A stretch of DNA of 64,000 nt, taken from assembly GCA_963724765.1 (NCBI GenBank), contig CAVRVY010000002.1:192001-256000 (forward strand), read 5' to 3'. Positions within the stretch are counted from its first letter, which is position 1, and the number at the start of each line of letters is the position of its first letter. Below the pieces are notes generated by a model that did not search any database, had not been told where the DNA came from, and saw nothing but the letters and a program-made list of their open reading frames with translations. Position numbers and translations under genes: made by a program. This document shows positions 60,810 through 64,000 of the stretch, in pieces. The DNA comes from an uncultured delta proteobacterium. Lineage in GTDB: Bacteria; Desulfobacterota; Binatia; Binatales; Binataceae.

Positions 60810-60846
60810 AAAAAAAGGCGGAGCGCGCGAGGTGCGCGCTCCGCCT
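60810..60846 (-). terminator. Rho-independent terminator of gltA
   Basis: Minus strand AGGCGGAGCGCGC-acctc-GCGCGCTCCGCCT followed by a T-run. Confidence 0.85.
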
Positions 60847-60891
60847 GCGATCGTGAATCACCCTGCGGCCGTGGACCGCCGTAACGAAAAA

Positions 60892-62223
60892 TCAGATCTG
60901 ATCGCTCACCGCGTCCTCGCGCGTGGTCGGTGCGGGCCGCTTCTCGATCGGCGTCCACTGCCGCAGAATCTCGCCAATATAAATCTGCCGCGGCCGCGCG
61001 ATCTTCTGCTCCGGATCGCGCACCATCTCGGCCCACTGCGCCATCCATCCCGAGGTCCGCGGAATCGCGAACAGCACCGGGAACATGGTCATCGGAAAAC
61101 CCATCGCCTGGTAGATGATCCCGGTGTAGAAGTCGACGTTGGGATAGAGGCGATGCGAGACGAAGTATTCGTCTTCTAGGCCGATTTTTTCCAGCTCCAG
61201 TGCGATATCGATCAGCGGGTTGCGGCCGGTGACCTCGAAGACCTCGTAGGCGAGCCGCTTCACGATCTTGGCGCGCGGGTCGTAGCTCTTGTAGACGCGA
61301 TGGCCGAAGCCCATCATCTTGCGCTCGCCTGCTTTGACGGTCTTGATGAATTCCGGCACGGCCTTGACCGAACCGATCTGGGTCAGCATCCGGATCACCG
61401 CCTCGTTGGCGCCCCCGTGCAGCGGCCCATAGAGCGCCGCGGTGGCCGCGGCGACGGCCGAGTAAGGATCGACCTGCGAGCTTCCCACCGAGCGCATCGC
61501 GTTGGCCGAGCAGTTCTGCTCGTGGTCGGCATGCAGGATGAACAGGATGTCGAGCGCGCGCTCGAGCGTCGGATTGGGCTTGTAGCGCAGCTCGGTCATC
61601 TTGAACAGCATCGAGAGGAAATTGCCGGCGTAGCTCAAATCGTTGTCGGGGTAAACGTAGGGCAGGCCGCGCGTGTGACGATAGGCCCACGCGGCCAGCG
61701 TCGGCAGCTTGCCGATCAGGCGGCGCGTCTGCAGCCGGCGCGATTCGAGGTTCATGATTTCCTTGGCGTCGGGGTAGAACGTCGACATCGCGCCGATCGT
61801 TCCCACCAGCATCCCCATCGGATGCGCGTCGTAGCGGAAGCCCTGCATGAAGGTCTTGAGATTCTCATGCACCATCGTGTGAGTCTTGATGTTCTCTTCC
61901 CAGGCGCGGAAATGGTGCTCGTTTGGCAGCTCGCCCTTGACCACCAGGTAGGCGACCTCGAGGTAGTTGCTGTGCTCGGCCAGTTCCTCGATCGGGTAGC
62001 CGCGGTAGCGCAGGATGCCTTTTTCGCCGTCGATATAGGTCACCTTGCTCCTGCACGAGGCGGTGTTGGTGAAGGCCGGGTCGTAGGCCATCAGGCCGAA
62101 ATCTTCGGGGCCGTTCTTGATCTCGCGGAGTGTGGCGGAGCGGATCGCGCCACCCTCCTCGATCGGAATCTCGTATTGTTTTCCGGTGCGGTTGTCGGTC
62201 ACGGTGAGCGTGTTTTTTGCCAT
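60892..62223 (-). CDS. gltA: Citrate synthase
   Basis: GILRYRGY, HADHEQN, GPLHGGAN, GFGHRVYK..DPR, YPNVDFY, ARPRQIY. Confidence 0.97.
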   Translation of the reverse strand: MAKNTLTVTDNRTGKQYEIPIEEGGAIRSATLREIKNGPEDFGLMAYDPAFTNTASCRSKVTYIDGEKGILRYRGYPIEELAEHSNYLEVAYLVVKGELPNEHHFRAWEENIKTHTMVHENLKTFMQGFRYDAHPMGMLVGTIGAMSTFYPDAKEIMNLESRRLQTRRLIGKLPTLAAWAYRHTRGLPYVYPDNDLSYAGNFLSMLFKMTELRYKPNPTLERALDILFILHADHEQNCSANAMRSVGSSQVDPYSAVAAATAALYGPLHGGANEAVIRMLTQIGSVKAVPEFIKTVKAGERKMMGFGHRVYKSYDPRAKIVKRLAYEVFEVTGRNPLIDIALELEKIGLEDEYFVSHRLYPNVDFYTGIIYQAMGFPMTMFPVLFAIPRTSGWMAQWAEMVRDPEQKIARPRQIYIGEILRQWTPIEKRPAPTTREDAVSDQI

Positions 62224-62464
62224 GAGCGTTTTCCTTGTGTCGCGCGAGACTTCTTTGATCGGCAGTCTTGCCCGATCGGCCGCCCAAGACAAGTCTGCCA
62301 ATCAACATATATACAGTTAAACAAAGCCTCCGCTTAGGGCGCGCCACCTCGAACGGCGGCGCATCCGGCGCCCATCAGGCTGGCGTCGCCCGCCCTTGCG
62401 TGGCACCCTGTTCGATCATGAATCGCGCGTCCGTTTGCCCTTTGCAGGCCGGGGTTGCAGCACG

Positions 62465-63097
62465 ATGATCGATCGGCTGATGACCTCGGTCTCTCTGTTC
62501 ATTGTCGCGACCATCTCCGCGCTCGGCTATGGCGGAGTCATGCTGCTGATGGCGATTGAGAGCGCCTGCGTGCCGCTGCCCTCGGAAGTCACGATGCCGT
62601 TTTCGGGCTACTTGGTGTCGACCGGGCGCTTCGATCTCAACCTGGTGGCGATCGCCGGGGCGGTTGGATGCCTGCTTGGATCGTACGTCGCCTATTTCAT
62701 CGGCGCGAGCGGCGGACGCCGCGTGCTCTTGAAATATGGGCGCTATATTTTGATCGCGCCGCACGAAATTGAACTCGCCGATCGTTTTTTCGACCGCTGG
62801 GGCGCCCACGCGGTCTTCTTCAGCCGTCTGCTGCCGGTGGTCCGCACCTTTATCGCGCTGCCCGCGGGAGTGGCGCGGATGCGTCTGGTGCCCTTTACGA
62901 TCTATACGCTGCTCGGCTCATACATCTGGTGTTTGGGGCTCGCGTGGGCCGGGATGAAGCTCGGACAGCAGTGGAGCCATCTCGGCCCGTACTTTCATCG
63001 CTTCGACGGCGCGATCGCCGTGCTGCTGGTCGTGGGCGCCGCCGCGATACTGTACAATCGAGTCAAAGAAATCGCTTCCGCGCCCGCACCCGACTGA
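62465..63097 (+). CDS. DedA family membrane protein
   Basis: ESACVPLPSEV..PF.G, F.R.G, RLLPVVRTFI..PAG. Confidence 0.92.
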   Translation: MIDRLMTSVSLFIVATISALGYGGVMLLMAIESACVPLPSEVTMPFSGYLVSTGRFDLNLVAIAGAVGCLLGSYVAYFIGASGGRRVLLKYGRYILIAPHEIELADRFFDRWGAHAVFFSRLLPVVRTFIALPAGVARMRLVPFTIYTLLGSYIWCLGLAWAGMKLGQQWSHLGPYFHRFDGAIAVLLVVGAAAILYNRVKEIASAPAPD

Positions 63098-63156
63098 CGA
63101 TTTGGTCCAGCCGGCGTGGGCCGGCGCAATTGCGGATCTTAAAGGACGCCCTCACG

Positions 63157-63393
63157 ATGGCAGACCAGCTTAATCCCGACGACCTGACCGAAGTTTTTGC
63201 CAGCATCGATTCGACGCAGGTTCAGATGGCGCACGACCTGCTCGACGGCAGCGGAATCGAAACCTTCATCTTCGACGACGACTCCTCGCGGATGCTCGGC
63301 AGCACCGGAGCGGTCCCGGCGCGCCTGATGGTGCATTCGGCCGACGCCGACGAAGCCCGCTCGCGGCTCAAGGAACTCGGCTTCGGGGAATAG
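63157..63393 (+). CDS. DUF2007-like putative signal-transducing protein
   Basis: A..LL..SGI..F.FD, RLMV...D.DEAR. Confidence 0.7.
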   Translation: MADQLNPDDLTEVFASIDSTQVQMAHDLLDGSGIETFIFDDDSSRMLGSTGAVPARLMVHSADADEARSRLKELGFGE

Positions 63394-63479
63394 CTGTCGA
63401 AGAGAGAAATCATTAGTGGTGCGGTACCTGCCAGAGTTGACCCGCTGCTTGTCGGGATCCTAACGGCCGGCGGAGAATT

Positions 63480-64000
63480 TTAGCTCGCGATCACATCCGC
63501 GAAACCGCGTAGCGCGGCTGCGATGAACGCGCGCACGCGCGCCGGATCCTTCTTCCCGCGATTTCCCGGCACGTCCGTATGGGTGAATGAATCGACGCCC
63601 CACGGGCGCACGGCGGCAATCGCCTGCGCCACGTTGTCCGCCGAGAGCCCGCCGGCGAGAATCACCGGGATGCGCGAGCGCTCGACGACTGCGCGGCTGA
63701 CCGACCAGTCGTGCGTTTCGCCGGCTGCGCCCTTCGCGCCCGAGTCGAGCATCAGGTAGTCGGCGGCCTCCTGATGGGCCTCGGCCTCGGCAATCGTTTC
63801 GCCGGCGCGCACCGCGATCGCGCGAAGCAGCCTGACCGGGGCGACTCGCTTGCGAATCCATGCGCAGTCCTCGGGTTCGATCTCGCGCGCGGCGATATGC
63901 ACGATATCCGGCCGCACCGCGTCGACCATCGCGCAAATTTCGTCGCGATCGTCCGCGAGCGAGAGCGCCACGCCACGGGCGCGCGGCCGCACCGCAGCCA
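63480..64000 (-). CDS. trpF: Phosphoribosylanthranilate isomerase (5' truncated by the window)
   Basis: LMLDS..G..GETHDW, VILAGGL..NV..AI..VRPWGVDS, KDPARV. Confidence 0.82.
   Translation of the reverse strand, partial: AAVRPRARGVALSLADDRDEICAMVDAVRPDIVHIAAREIEPEDCAWIRKRVAPVRLLRAIAVRAGETIAEAEAHQEAADYLMLDSGAKGAAGETHDWSVSRAVVERSRIPVILAGGLSADNVAQAIAAVRPWGVDSFTHTDVPGNRGKKDPARVRAFIAAALRGFADVIAS

Overview
GC-rich bacterial chromosome window. The gene content resembles a Deltaproteobacteria-like lineage such as Ca. Binatota; this is an unverified impression. Positions 1-38.5 kb and 60.9-64 kb hold housekeeping and accessory genes: an msbA-like transporter, a GT2 and two sulfotransferases, argJ, secA, murI, an SPL-like radical SAM, engB, a divergent pyrF, chrA, cinA, pgpA, a DHS-like enzyme, glnA, MscS, gltA and trpF. 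The main feature is an apparently intact, minus-strand phage structural operon at about 40.5-58.6 kb. It has a Mu-like head (gpI protease/scaffold, decoration protein, gpT capsid, gp36, gp37) joined to a P2-like contractile tail (sheath, tube, gpE with a -1 slippery site, a short tape measure, gpU/X/D/V/W/J/I, fibres). No terminase, portal, integrase/transposase, replication, repressor or lysis gene is recognisable. An IS1595 element with passenger genes sits in the poly-A/U tail of the gltA terminator and has a near-perfect target duplication. So the operon apparently abutted gltA before the insertion, which suggests a domesticated GTA-like or particle-forming system rather than an IS-truncated prophage. 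Its proteins share two accessory modules, it includes a translationally coupled C2H2-finger ORF, and it ends in a tailspike-like gene with a signal peptide.
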